Assembly: GCA_963665845.2 (NCBI GenBank)
Contig: OY762492.1
Coordinates: 32,001-96,000 of the forward strand
Direction: 5' to 3'
DNA: 64,000 nt
DNA from: Candidatus Poribacteria bacterium
GTDB taxonomy: Bacteria; Poribacteria; WGA-4E; GCA-2687025
Below the pieces are notes generated by a model. It did not search any database, was not told where the DNA came from, and saw only the letters and a list, made by a program, of their open reading frames with translations. Positions 37,826-46,566 of this stretch are shown in pieces (the first letter of the stretch is position 1; every line of letters starts with the position of its first letter). The position numbers were made by a program, and so were the translations under genes.

Positions 37826-38794
37826 TCATTCATTAATGACGCCAAAGTCCAACACCGTCAGCCGTAAATCTGGACTAGAAGGCTGAAGATCTTCAGGCTT
37901 GGGCTTAGGCCTCGGCCCCCGTAGTTGACTGCGTTCCCTCGCCCTGCGTTTTATCTCCTCGGGGCCTAGACCAATCCGCACCTCTTTCCAGCGGTTTTTC
38001 AGTTGGGGCGTTCTCATATCGACCATCCACGTTTGTAAGGCTGCGATAGCTTCCAGCGTCTCCGTATTTCCAGGGTCATGCGTCAGCTTGGTTTCCAACT
38101 CCGCGCAATCCTTTTCCATCTGCGCCAGCATCTGTCGACCCTCTTCCGTATCTGCAGGGACGTGCCGCGTTTGCCATATCACAACCACCTCCTCGTCATG
38201 GTCGAAGTAGTAACGCTCTCCGTTGGGGAGGCTGAGCGAGCCAGCCTTCAATGCCAGGGGCGGCAAACGACCCGCGCGGACAAGAAATCGTGTCGTCCCG
38301 TACTCTTTCAATGGCATCCTTTTTTCCGTCCGTTCTTCCATCGGCACGGAGTCAGAATACGGCAGGTACTGTTCCAACGCCTCAGCGAGAGCGGGGTCTT
38401 CTCTACCGATAAAGATTTTTTCTTGGACGTCATGGAATGCTTGCGACTCCGCTTTATCCGGATCCACGCCCGCCGCTATCTGCGCGTCGTACTCAAGCCC
38501 AACCAGCTCCGCATAATGGTTCGCCGCGTCTTCCCAGCGTTCAAACTTGTACGGTCCCGTGTCCGATTCGGGCGCCCCCGAATCGGCGCTCGGCTCCCCG
38601 TCAGCCGCGGGCGTCTCCTGCGGCTGAACGGGAGATGGCGCCTCTTCCATCAATGCGGCGTCTCCGCCGTCGACGCCCTCCAAGGGCGTCGACGTTTCAG
38701 ACAGCATGGGATCGTCCCTCAACGAAAGCCAGATGAGCGCGGCAAGGAGAACTGCCGCCGCCAGCGCCGCGGCGATGGTTATTTTTCGAGTCAT
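37826..38794 (-). CDS. membrane-anchored hypothetical protein
   Basis: N-terminal anchor, acidic/Pro linker, AAAGGAGA RBS. Confidence 0.75.
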   Translation of the reverse strand: MTRKITIAAALAAAVLLAALIWLSLRDDPMLSETSTPLEGVDGGDAALMEEAPSPVQPQETPAADGEPSADSGAPESDTGPYKFERWEDAANHYAELVGLEYDAQIAAGVDPDKAESQAFHDVQEKIFIGREDPALAEALEQYLPYSDSVPMEERTEKRMPLKEYGTTRFLVRAGRLPPLALKAGSLSLPNGERYYFDHDEEVVVIWQTRHVPADTEEGRQMLAQMEKDCAELETKLTHDPGNTETLEAIAALQTWMVDMRTPQLKNRWKEVRIGLGPEEIKRRARERSQLRGPRPKPKPEDLQPSSPDLRLTVLDFGVINE

Positions 38795-38822
38795 GTCAAG
38801 TCTCCTTTCTCGGACCCCTCAA

Positions 38823-39600
38823 TCAGGGAACGGGGCTGTCGAACCACGCGTTCAGATCTCCGGGTGTGGGCAGGCCTGTGACTGACGCCCTTCCCCATCC
38901 GGCGTGCTTGGCATCATGTTGCGCGTCGGAAGGCTTTATGCGAACGTACCCTGAGCCTTCTGTCTCGTCAGCAATGGTCTTGTCCGGGGAGTGCACATAC
39001 TCCCAATTCCATGTCTTTCCGTTCCAGATCCGGAGATAATCTCTCTCCATGACTACAGTCTCCTGCTCGCCCGTCATATTTGACCGGTTGACAACGGCGT
39101 CAATCCAGTAAGTCAGACGAAGAGTATATTTGCCCAACTTACCGCATGTCGCCGTCTCATCAAACCACGCGCTCGCATGTCCATGTGAATCAGCCTCCGT
39201 GTACCAATGCCAATACCGCTTTGATATTGGCGCTTGAGACGAGGAATTTATTCCGCCGACATTTTCGAGGGGCGCCCATTCCGCTGGGCCATGGCTCCCA
39301 TTCCCGCCAGTGTAGACGAGAGCGTAAAGGTGCTCAGGATTCGTTTGACGAACTCCTGAGTTCGAGTGGTGTTCGGCGTTTGAAATGGCATCGCCAAGGT
39401 TGCGGCCGCTGTAAAGGTACTCGTTTGTCGCGAACTGGTGCATGGATACGGGCCCGGTCTCTTGCTGCCATTCATGCGCGCTTGTGGTGAAGGCGAAGGC
39501 GAGCGAGAAGAAAAGGAAGAGAAGAACGGTCAGCCCAGAGCCAACCCAGTTGGCGCGAAAATTGTGTGTGTGTGGCTTGACATGTGTTTTGAAACATCAT
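38823..39600 (-). CDS. secreted protein, start out of frame across (CA)6 tract
   Basis: Frame stays open upstream of M39443 through signal peptide LTVLLFLFFSLAFAFTTSA; RBS-linked ATG at 39600 is out of frame (778 nt to stop). Confidence 0.65.
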
Positions 39601-39660
39601 ACGTTGCCTTTCTCGTAAGTTATGTTGCGACGGTCAAGCTCATCTCGACCGCCTCCATTC

Positions 39661-39890
39661 ATCATAGCGGAAACTCGTTTGCTTGTCAACATCTTTTTGT
39701 CGGGCAACGAACTCCGCCTCACTTTGTATTCTAGCAGCGATTCGTTGCCGGGTCAATGTCTTTTCTCCGCGCAACGAATTCGCTCCAAAAATTATCGTAG
39801 CAGAGAATCTGACGCGCGTCAACAATCTTATCAACGCCCGCGAACTGTCCGCCGTATTTTCATCTTAGCAGAGACGCATGCGCGCGTCAA
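39661..39890 (-). promoter_or_regulatory. array of four tandem sigma70 promoters
   Basis: TTGACA/TATGAT, TTGACC/TAGAAT, TTGACG/TACGAT, TTGACG/TAAGAT, each with 17-bp spacer; periods 67, 66, 68. Confidence 0.75.
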
Positions 39891-39928
39891 ACCTTATTAT
39901 TTCCGCGGAGGCGGGAAGGTCAAGCAAC

Positions 39929-40077
39929 GGCAGTACGCTCATGCGATGATGTTGATCACAGACGCCATATGGACGGCGTCTGCGACGCCTAAGATTCCCG
40001 TTTTCACGGGAATGACGACAGGCGGCGCGAGACGCTTTAGGGTTAAAAAATGAAGATCATCGCATGGGAGTACTGCC
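39929..40077. mobile_element. MITE-like element (family B)
   Basis: TIR GGCAGTACGCTCATGCGATGA / TCATCGCATGGGAGTACTGCC; central GATTCCCGTTTTCACGGGAAT; near copy at 56466. Confidence 0.8.
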
Positions 40078-40147
40078 CAAGCAACCCGCCTCTTGACCCA
40101 AACGGCGCAGAAAGGCATCATATGTTCAAATATACGGAGAACGCTTT

Positions 40148-41068
40148 GTGAAAACCCGCTTCTTACAGCAGCTGAACCGAGACGTCTCATGCGTCGGTCT
40201 TGGAACGATGGTCTTTAGAACCGCCCCCCGTCCAGACGCCTTCGAAATGTTGGACGCATGGCGGGAGGCGGGCGGAAACCTGTTGGACGCCGCCGAAGTG
40301 TACGGCTCCGAACCGGCGATCGCCGACTGGTTTGAGGCGCGCGGGAACCGAGGCGAGATCGTCCTCTTAAACAAAGCGTGCATCGACCTGAACGAAATCG
40401 CGCCCGACGGAATCCGCCGAGGCGTCGCCGGCAACCTGGAACGGACGCGAACCGATTATATCGACATCTGGATGCTGCACCGCGACGACCCGTCCAAGCC
40501 GATAGAAATGATTGTGGAGAGCGTCAACGAACAGATCGACCTTGGCAAAATACGCGCCTGGGGCGGCTCCAACTGGACGACGCGCCGCATTATTGAAGCG
40601 AACGAATGCGCAGACAAGCGCGGACTTGTCGGCATGATCGGCTCCAGCGAAAACATCAGCCTCGCCGTTCCGAACGAGCCGCGCTGGGGCGGCGTCCGCT
40701 CCTTAGACGCCGACGACATTGCATGGCGGCGCGCGACGCAGTTTCCCGTTTTTTCATGGTCGGCGCAGGCGGGCGGCTTCTTCGGCGGGCAGTTCTCCCC
40801 CGACGACCGCTCCAACGGCGAGATGGTCCGCGTCTATTACTCGGACGAGAACTTTGCCAAGCTGGAGAGGGCGCGCCAGCTCGCCGACGAAAAAGGCGTC
40901 TCGGCGATACAGATCGCGCTCGCGTATCTGCTCGCGCTTGACTTTGCCGTCTATCCGCTGGTCGGACCGCGCAGCATGGCGGAATTAAGATCATGCATCG
41001 AAGGAGAGGCGGTTCAACTGACGCCTGACGAAGCGGCATGGCTCTCCCTCGAACAGAACGACCGATGA
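40148..41068 (+). CDS. aldo/keto reductase
   Basis: GLGT, DAAEVYG, TDYIDIWMLHRDD, GKIRAWGGSNW. Confidence 0.92.
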   Translation: MKTRFLQQLNRDVSCVGLGTMVFRTAPRPDAFEMLDAWREAGGNLLDAAEVYGSEPAIADWFEARGNRGEIVLLNKACIDLNEIAPDGIRRGVAGNLERTRTDYIDIWMLHRDDPSKPIEMIVESVNEQIDLGKIRAWGGSNWTTRRIIEANECADKRGLVGMIGSSENISLAVPNEPRWGGVRSLDADDIAWRRATQFPVFSWSAQAGGFFGGQFSPDDRSNGEMVRVYYSDENFAKLERARQLADEKGVSAIQIALAYLLALDFAVYPLVGPRSMAELRSCIEGEAVQLTPDEAAWLSLEQNDR

Positions 41069-41793
41069 CGAACGACAGCGGCATGTGGGGCGAAGACTAT
41101 TTTTTAGGAGAGATGCCCAGCCGCGAGGAGACGATCCCTGAGGCGGAGTTTCTGATGGAGGCGCTGGAGCTGACGCCTGACGACCGCGTCTTGGATGTGG
41201 CTTGCGGGGCGGGTCGGCATGCGCATTTGCTGGCGGAATGCGGCGTTCGCGTCGTCGGCGTGGACCGGTCGCTTCCGCTTTTGAAACGCGCGCGGGCTTC
41301 AAACTCCGCCGCGCTCTTTCTCCGCGCCGATATGCGCGCGCTGCCGTTTGTCGAGGCGTTCGACGCGGCGGTCTGTCTGTTCGCCTCCTTCGGCTTGCTG
41401 GGGTTAAAGGGAGACCAAGCGGCTCTGGCGTCCATCAGCGCCGCGCTGGCGCCGAACGGGATCGCGCTCATTGAAACCTGGAACCCGTATGCCGCCGCGC
41501 AGCTGGACGGACGGCGCAACTGGTGGAGAACGGACGACGCGCTCTATCTCGCCGAGGCGGAATTCGACGCGCTGGAGGGCAAGGCGCGCGACGCGCGAAT
41601 CGTCATGCCCCTGCGCGGAGCCGCCCGTTCTTGGACGCGCGAGACCCGTTTCTACACCGCGCCTGAACTGCGCGCGATGGCGGAATCGGCGGGCTTGCGT
41701 CCGATGCGCTGGTTCGGCGATTTTGACGGAAGCCCCTACGCCGCCGACTCGCCGAGACTCATCGCCGCGTTTGAAAAGGTTCGCGCATCATGA
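41065..41793 (+). CDS. class I SAM methyltransferase
   Basis: VLDVACGAGRH, ADMRALPF, FDAAVCLFASFG. Confidence 0.9.
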   Translation: MTNDSGMWGEDYFLGEMPSREETIPEAEFLMEALELTPDDRVLDVACGAGRHAHLLAECGVRVVGVDRSLPLLKRARASNSAALFLRADMRALPFVEAFDAAVCLFASFGLLGLKGDQAALASISAALAPNGIALIETWNPYAAAQLDGRRNWWRTDDALYLAEAEFDALEGKARDARIVMPLRGAARSWTRETRFYTAPELRAMAESAGLRPMRWFGDFDGSPYAADSPRLIAAFEKVRAS

Positions 41794-43607
41794 AACGGTG
41801 GACAGCCGCATGGGGATGGATACGCCCGCATTTCGGCTCGCTGCTGCTGGCGCTGTTGCTGGCTCTGCTGGGCGCGTTTCTTCAGGGGGTTCTTGTGCAT
41901 GTCGTCGCGCTCATGGCGGACGCGGCGGATCTATACCGTTCGGGCGGTTTTCCGCTGCCGCTGCGTCTGCTGCGCTTGGAGCCGTTTTTTGAGGGGGTCT
42001 CGGTCGTCCTGACGGACGCCGCCCATGCCCAACGCGCCTTGACGATTCTCTTGGCGTCGATGGTCGGATTGATGGCGCTGCGCGGCGTCTCCGCCTACGG
42101 ACGCGCCTATCTGCAAGGGCGCGTCACCTACAAGGCGATGACCTCCGCCCGCAACCAGCTCCACGCCAAACTGATTGCGCTCCCGATTGGACTCATCGCC
42201 AAGCAGCGCAGCGGCGACCTGATGACGCGCGTTGTGAGCGACGTCCATCACCTGACGCAATCGATCAACACGTTTTCGGGCGCGCTGCATTCCATCGGCG
42301 CGGCGGCTGTCTTCTTTGCGCTCATGCTCATGAACAGCTGGACGCTGACGCTCATCACGCTTGCGTTCGCGCCTCTCATCGCGCTGCTTCTCGGCGCTGT
42401 CGGGACGGCGATACGGCGTTTCAGCATACGCATGCAGCGCGAGTTGAGCGCCGTCGCCAATCGGCTTGAACGGAGCGTCGCAGGGCTGAAGGTGATCAAG
42501 GCGTTCGGCGCGGAGGGGGATGAAAAGCGCCGCTTTCAGGAGGAAACGCAGGCGATGTACCGCACAGCGATGCGCCGCGTTCGGGTGTACGGCGCTCAAG
42601 GTCCGGCAACGGAGCTGATTGGGGCGTTGGCGCTGTGCGGCGTGTTTGGGATCGGCTGCTGGGCGGTGATTCAAGGAACGCTCACGCTGGGCGGATTGCT
42701 GGCGCATTTCGGGTTGAGCGCGCTGCTGATCGACCCGCTGCGCAAGATCGGAGAGTTCCATGCGCAGTTTCAGCAGGGACTCGCCTCCATTGAACGCATC
42801 GAAGAAACGCGCGCCTTGCCGAGCGAAACGATAGATCAAGGCGCCGTTCTGCATCAGGCGCGCGGCGAGATCGAGTTTCGGAATGTATCCTTCGCATACG
42901 ACGGCAGCGCCCATGTACTTAAAGACGTGTCCTTCAAAGTGAAGGCGGGTCAAACCGCGGCGCTGGTCGGGCGGAGCGGGGCGGGAAAGACGACGCTTCT
43001 TCAGCTGATCCCGCGCTTTTACGAGCCGACGTCGGGCGAGGTACTCATTGACGGGGAGCCGATGCGCCGTTATTCGCTGGAGTCGCTTCGGGCGCATACG
43101 GCTCTCGCGCCGCAGGAGACGCTGCTGTTTGCCGGTACCGTCGCCGACAATATCCGCATGGCGAAGCCTGGCGCGGACGACAAGGCGGTCCGCGAAGCCG
43201 CCCGCCGCGCCCATGCGCATGCGTTCATCGAGTCGTTTCCTGACGGGTATGAGACGGCGGTCGGCGAGCGCGGGGCGCGCCTCTCCGGCGGTCAAGCGCA
43301 GCGGCTTTCTATCGCGCGCGTTTTTTTAAAAAATCCAGCCGTTTTTCTGTTGGATGAGGCGATGTCGGCGCTGGACGCGGAATCGGAGGCGGCGGTTCAA
43401 AAATCGCTCGAAGAGCTTGCCCAAACGCGCACAACTTTTATCATTGCGCATCGGCTCTCAACAGTCGTCAACGCCGACATGATCATCGTACTGGACAAAG
43501 GGAGGGTCGTTGAAATCGGCAAGCACGAGGAGCTGATTCAACGCAACGGCCTCTACAAAAAGCTCTGCTCAACATTCTACCGCAAACAGCCCAAACAGCG
43601 CATTTAA
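41790..43607 (+). CDS. ABC exporter, MsbA-like TMD+NBD
   Basis: TM domain; GRSGAGKT, LSGGQAQR, LLDEAMSALD, IAHRLST. Confidence 0.92.
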   Translation: MKRWTAAWGWIRPHFGSLLLALLLALLGAFLQGVLVHVVALMADAADLYRSGGFPLPLRLLRLEPFFEGVSVVLTDAAHAQRALTILLASMVGLMALRGVSAYGRAYLQGRVTYKAMTSARNQLHAKLIALPIGLIAKQRSGDLMTRVVSDVHHLTQSINTFSGALHSIGAAAVFFALMLMNSWTLTLITLAFAPLIALLLGAVGTAIRRFSIRMQRELSAVANRLERSVAGLKVIKAFGAEGDEKRRFQEETQAMYRTAMRRVRVYGAQGPATELIGALALCGVFGIGCWAVIQGTLTLGGLLAHFGLSALLIDPLRKIGEFHAQFQQGLASIERIEETRALPSETIDQGAVLHQARGEIEFRNVSFAYDGSAHVLKDVSFKVKAGQTAALVGRSGAGKTTLLQLIPRFYEPTSGEVLIDGEPMRRYSLESLRAHTALAPQETLLFAGTVADNIRMAKPGADDKAVREAARRAHAHAFIESFPDGYETAVGERGARLSGGQAQRLSIARVFLKNPAVFLLDEAMSALDAESEAAVQKSLEELAQTRTTFIIAHRLSTVVNADMIIVLDKGRVVEIGKHEELIQRNGLYKKLCSTFYRKQPKQRI

Positions 43608-43627
43608 GAAAGAAAAAGGAGCCACTG

Positions 43628-45013
43628 ATGACAAATAAACGCCCCAATATCCTGTTCGTTTTTCCTGATCAGTACCGTCTTCAGGCGCTCGGATTTCGCG
43701 GAGAGGACCCTGTTCACACGCCGAATCTGGACGCGTTCGCCGCCGAAAGCCGCGTCTTGACGCATGCGGTCAGCACCCGCCCCGTCTGCAGCCCCTACCG
43801 CGCGATGCTCTTGACAGGGCAATATCCGCATCAAAACGGCGTGGTCGTGAACTGCAACTCAAATACCTCCGCGCTCGGCAACTATCTGAAAGAGTCGACC
43901 GTCTGCCTGTCCGACGTTCTGGCGGAAGCGGGCTACTCGCAGGGGTATATCGGCAAGTGGCACCTTGACCCGCCGAACCCCGACCATAACGCCTATACGG
44001 AGGGACCGCGCGGCGCGGGCGGCGTCATCTGGGACACTTACACCCCGCCGAGCCGCCGCCATCAGTTCGACTTCTGGCACAGCTACGGCTGCTGCGACCG
44101 CCATTTCAACCCGCATTACTGGACGACCGATGCCGCGCTGCATGAGCGCATTGAGCCGCAGGAGTGGTCGGTGAAGCATGAGACGGATGTCGCGGTCGAT
44201 TATATCCGCAACGCGAACGGAGAGCGCGACCCTGATAAGCCGTTTTCGCTTCTCATTTCGCACAACCCGCCGCATCCGCCGTATCAGCAGGTTCCGCCGA
44301 GATACTTGGAGCGGTATGAGGAGATGCCGCTGGAGACGCTGGAGAACCGCGCCAATTTTGACGCGCAGACCTTCCGAGGCGAAGAGGCGGCGGCGCGGAC
44401 GATGCGCCAATACTTCGCCGCCGTTACAGGCGTGGACGAGCAGTTTGGACGGCTGCTTCGGGCGTTGGACGAGGAGGGGCTGCGCGAGAACACGATCGTT
44501 GTCTTCACCGCCGACCATGGGGACATGATGGGTTCGCATGGGCGCATCGGCAAAGACCTCTGGTACGCGGAGTCGTTTCGCGTTCCGTTTATCGTTCGCT
44601 GGCCAGGGCGTTTGGCTGAAGGGGAAGACGATCTGCTCATCGGGACGCCCGACCTCATGCCGACGCTTCTAGGGTTGACGGGCGAGGCGGGGCGCATTCC
44701 AGACGAGGTTCAGGGGACAAATTACGCGCCCGCTCTCTTGGGCGAAGAGCAGGCGCGCCCGACCTCCGCGCTTTACTGGACAGCCGGCGCCGGCGGCGGA
44801 GGAAACGGCGTCCAGCGGCGCGGTCTATTGACGCATCAACACACGTTCGTCGTCCAGAGAAAAGGAGAAGAGGAGCAGATCATTCTGCATGACGACAACG
44901 CCGACCTGTACCAGCTGCACAACGCCGCGGACGCAAACGCCGATCTGGTCGAGTCGCTGCGGGCGGAGCTTTGGGCGCGGCTGCAGGAAATTGGGGATCC
45001 ATGGGCGGTCTAA
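43628..45013 (+). CDS. Cys-type sulfatase
   Basis: PNILF..DQ, CSPYRAMLLTG, IGKWHL, FTADHG. Confidence 0.93.
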   Translation: MTNKRPNILFVFPDQYRLQALGFRGEDPVHTPNLDAFAAESRVLTHAVSTRPVCSPYRAMLLTGQYPHQNGVVVNCNSNTSALGNYLKESTVCLSDVLAEAGYSQGYIGKWHLDPPNPDHNAYTEGPRGAGGVIWDTYTPPSRRHQFDFWHSYGCCDRHFNPHYWTTDAALHERIEPQEWSVKHETDVAVDYIRNANGERDPDKPFSLLISHNPPHPPYQQVPPRYLERYEEMPLETLENRANFDAQTFRGEEAAARTMRQYFAAVTGVDEQFGRLLRALDEEGLRENTIVVFTADHGDMMGSHGRIGKDLWYAESFRVPFIVRWPGRLAEGEDDLLIGTPDLMPTLLGLTGEAGRIPDEVQGTNYAPALLGEEQARPTSALYWTAGAGGGGNGVQRRGLLTHQHTFVVQRKGEEEQIILHDDNADLYQLHNAADANADLVESLRAELWARLQEIGDPWAV

Positions 45014-45046
45014 TGGGACGCCCCGCCGTTGTCATTCAGCGTCAGC

Positions 45047-45165
45047 TGTCTGGAAAAACTCTGGATTCCCGTTTGCGCGGGAATGACGGTCTGGTGGGCG
45101 ACGCCTTTTCCCCGTGAATAACGTCTTTGGTCATCCATATGTCCCGACTTTCAGCATGAGGTCAG
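45047..45165. repeat. MITE family A, right half
   Basis: CTCTGGATTCCCGTTTGCGCGGGAATGAC...ATGTCCCGACTTTCAGCATGAGGTCAG matches the 3' part of 37068-37236. Confidence 0.75.
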
Positions 45166-45247
45166 TCGGGAATGGAGGCGGACGCTTGAACTGGGCGGGA
45201 AACCATGCCACCATGCGCTGTGTTGAAACGGAAAGAACGGAGAAAGC

Positions 45248-45568
45248 ATGTTTTTTGAATTGAGGCAGTATCGAACCCGACCGGGCAAACGGGACGAATG
45301 GGTCGAGTTCATGGAAGGCGAGATCGTCCCTTACCAGATCTCCAAAGGGATGGTCGTCATCGGCAGCTTTGTCGGGGAGGAAGAGGACGATCTGTACGTC
45401 TGGATTCGCCGCTTTGAAAGCGAGGAGCAGCGCGAGCAGCTTTACGCCGCCGTGTACGACGACCCGCACTGGAAAGAGACGCTTAGCCCAAGAGTCGGCG
45501 AGCTGATCGACCGCGAGCGCATTGTGGTAACGCGCCTGAACGCGACGCCGCGCTCCGTCGTCCAATAA
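45248..45568 (+). CDS. NIPSNAP family protein
   Basis: FELRQYRTRPGK...YVWIRRFESEEQRE. Confidence 0.88.
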   Translation: MFFELRQYRTRPGKRDEWVEFMEGEIVPYQISKGMVVIGSFVGEEEDDLYVWIRRFESEEQREQLYAAVYDDPHWKETLSPRVGELIDRERIVVTRLNATPRSVVQ

Positions 45569-45630
45569 GCTCCAGTCATCCGTTGACGAAACCGAAGCGC
45601 GCCGCCGTTCGTTAAATTGAACGACTCCAG

Positions 45631-46566
45631 ATGGAATCATCGCCGATGCGACAAGAAGATGTCCGCGCCCGATACCAAGACGCCGTTGAAACCCTGTGCG
45701 GCAAACTGAAACGGGACAGCCATGTTCTCGCCGCGATCCTGTGGGGAAGCCTCGCCTACGATCAGGTGTGGGACAAGTCGGACATCGACATGTATATCGT
45801 CATGCGGGACGAGAAGATGAAGCCGACCTCGTATGTTCTCGTGGAGAACGACGTCTTCATCCACGCGCAGCTGTATCCGCGCAACAGCTTCAAAAAAATG
45901 CTGGAGGGGCGGAATATCTTTTTTCAGTCAACGATTGAGCTTTCGACGCTGCTTTTTTCGCATGACGAAACGATAGAGCAGTTTTATGCAGAACGCGGGC
46001 AGAAAATCGGGGCGAAAGACCGCGAAAACGCCCTGATACGCGAGGCGTGCGGGCTGTTCCCGACGCTTGTCAAGGCGGAGAAATGGCATTATGTGAAGAA
46101 CGACGTCGAGTACGCTTTCATGTGGCTCATGTGGGTCGTCGAAAGCCTCGCGCGGATAGAGGTCATCTCGCGCGGGGAGATTGTCCGCCGAGAGGTGATT
46201 CATCAGGCGATTCGGTTCAACCCCGACTTCTTCAACGCGATCTACACCGATTTCATTCATCTACCGAAAACGGCGGAGGCGAACCAAGCCGCGCTGGACG
46301 CGGTGAACGGGTACATTGAAGAACGGGTGGAGGACATCTTTGAGAGCCTGTTTCAGTTTTTGGCGGAAGCGCACGGCCCCCGCTCCATGCGCGAGATCAA
46401 CGACCGGTTCCGCCGCGTCGCGCAAACAGGGATGACCAGCGCCTGCGAGTGGCTTTCCGACCGCGGCTACATCGACAAGGTTTCCGCGCCGATGCGCCTC
46501 GTAAAAGGAAGCCGCGTCAATGTGGAGGAAGCCGCCTTTTATTTTGACGAGGAGATGCGGTTTTGA
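45631..46566 (+). CDS. Pol-beta superfamily nucleotidyltransferase domain protein
   Basis: [17 protein letters not shown] (GS..DxD) followed by helical domain. Confidence 0.75.
   Translation: MESSPMRQEDVRARYQDAVETLCGKLKRDSHVLAAILWGSLAYDQVWDKSDIDMYIVMRDEKMKPTSYVLVENDVFIHAQLYPRNSFKKMLEGRNIFFQSTIELSTLLFSHDETIEQFYAERGQKIGAKDRENALIREACGLFPTLVKAEKWHYVKNDVEYAFMWLMWVVESLARIEVISRGEIVRREVIHQAIRFNPDFFNAIYTDFIHLPKTAEANQAALDAVNGYIEERVEDIFESLFQFLAEAHGPRSMREINDRFRRVAQTGMTSACEWLSDRGYIDKVSAPMRLVKGSRVNVEEAAFYFDEEMRF

Noticed and set aside
39661-39890. CRISPR array (67-bp period)
   Set aside because: No identical repeat with unique spacers and no cas genes; the conserved positions are -35/-10 boxes
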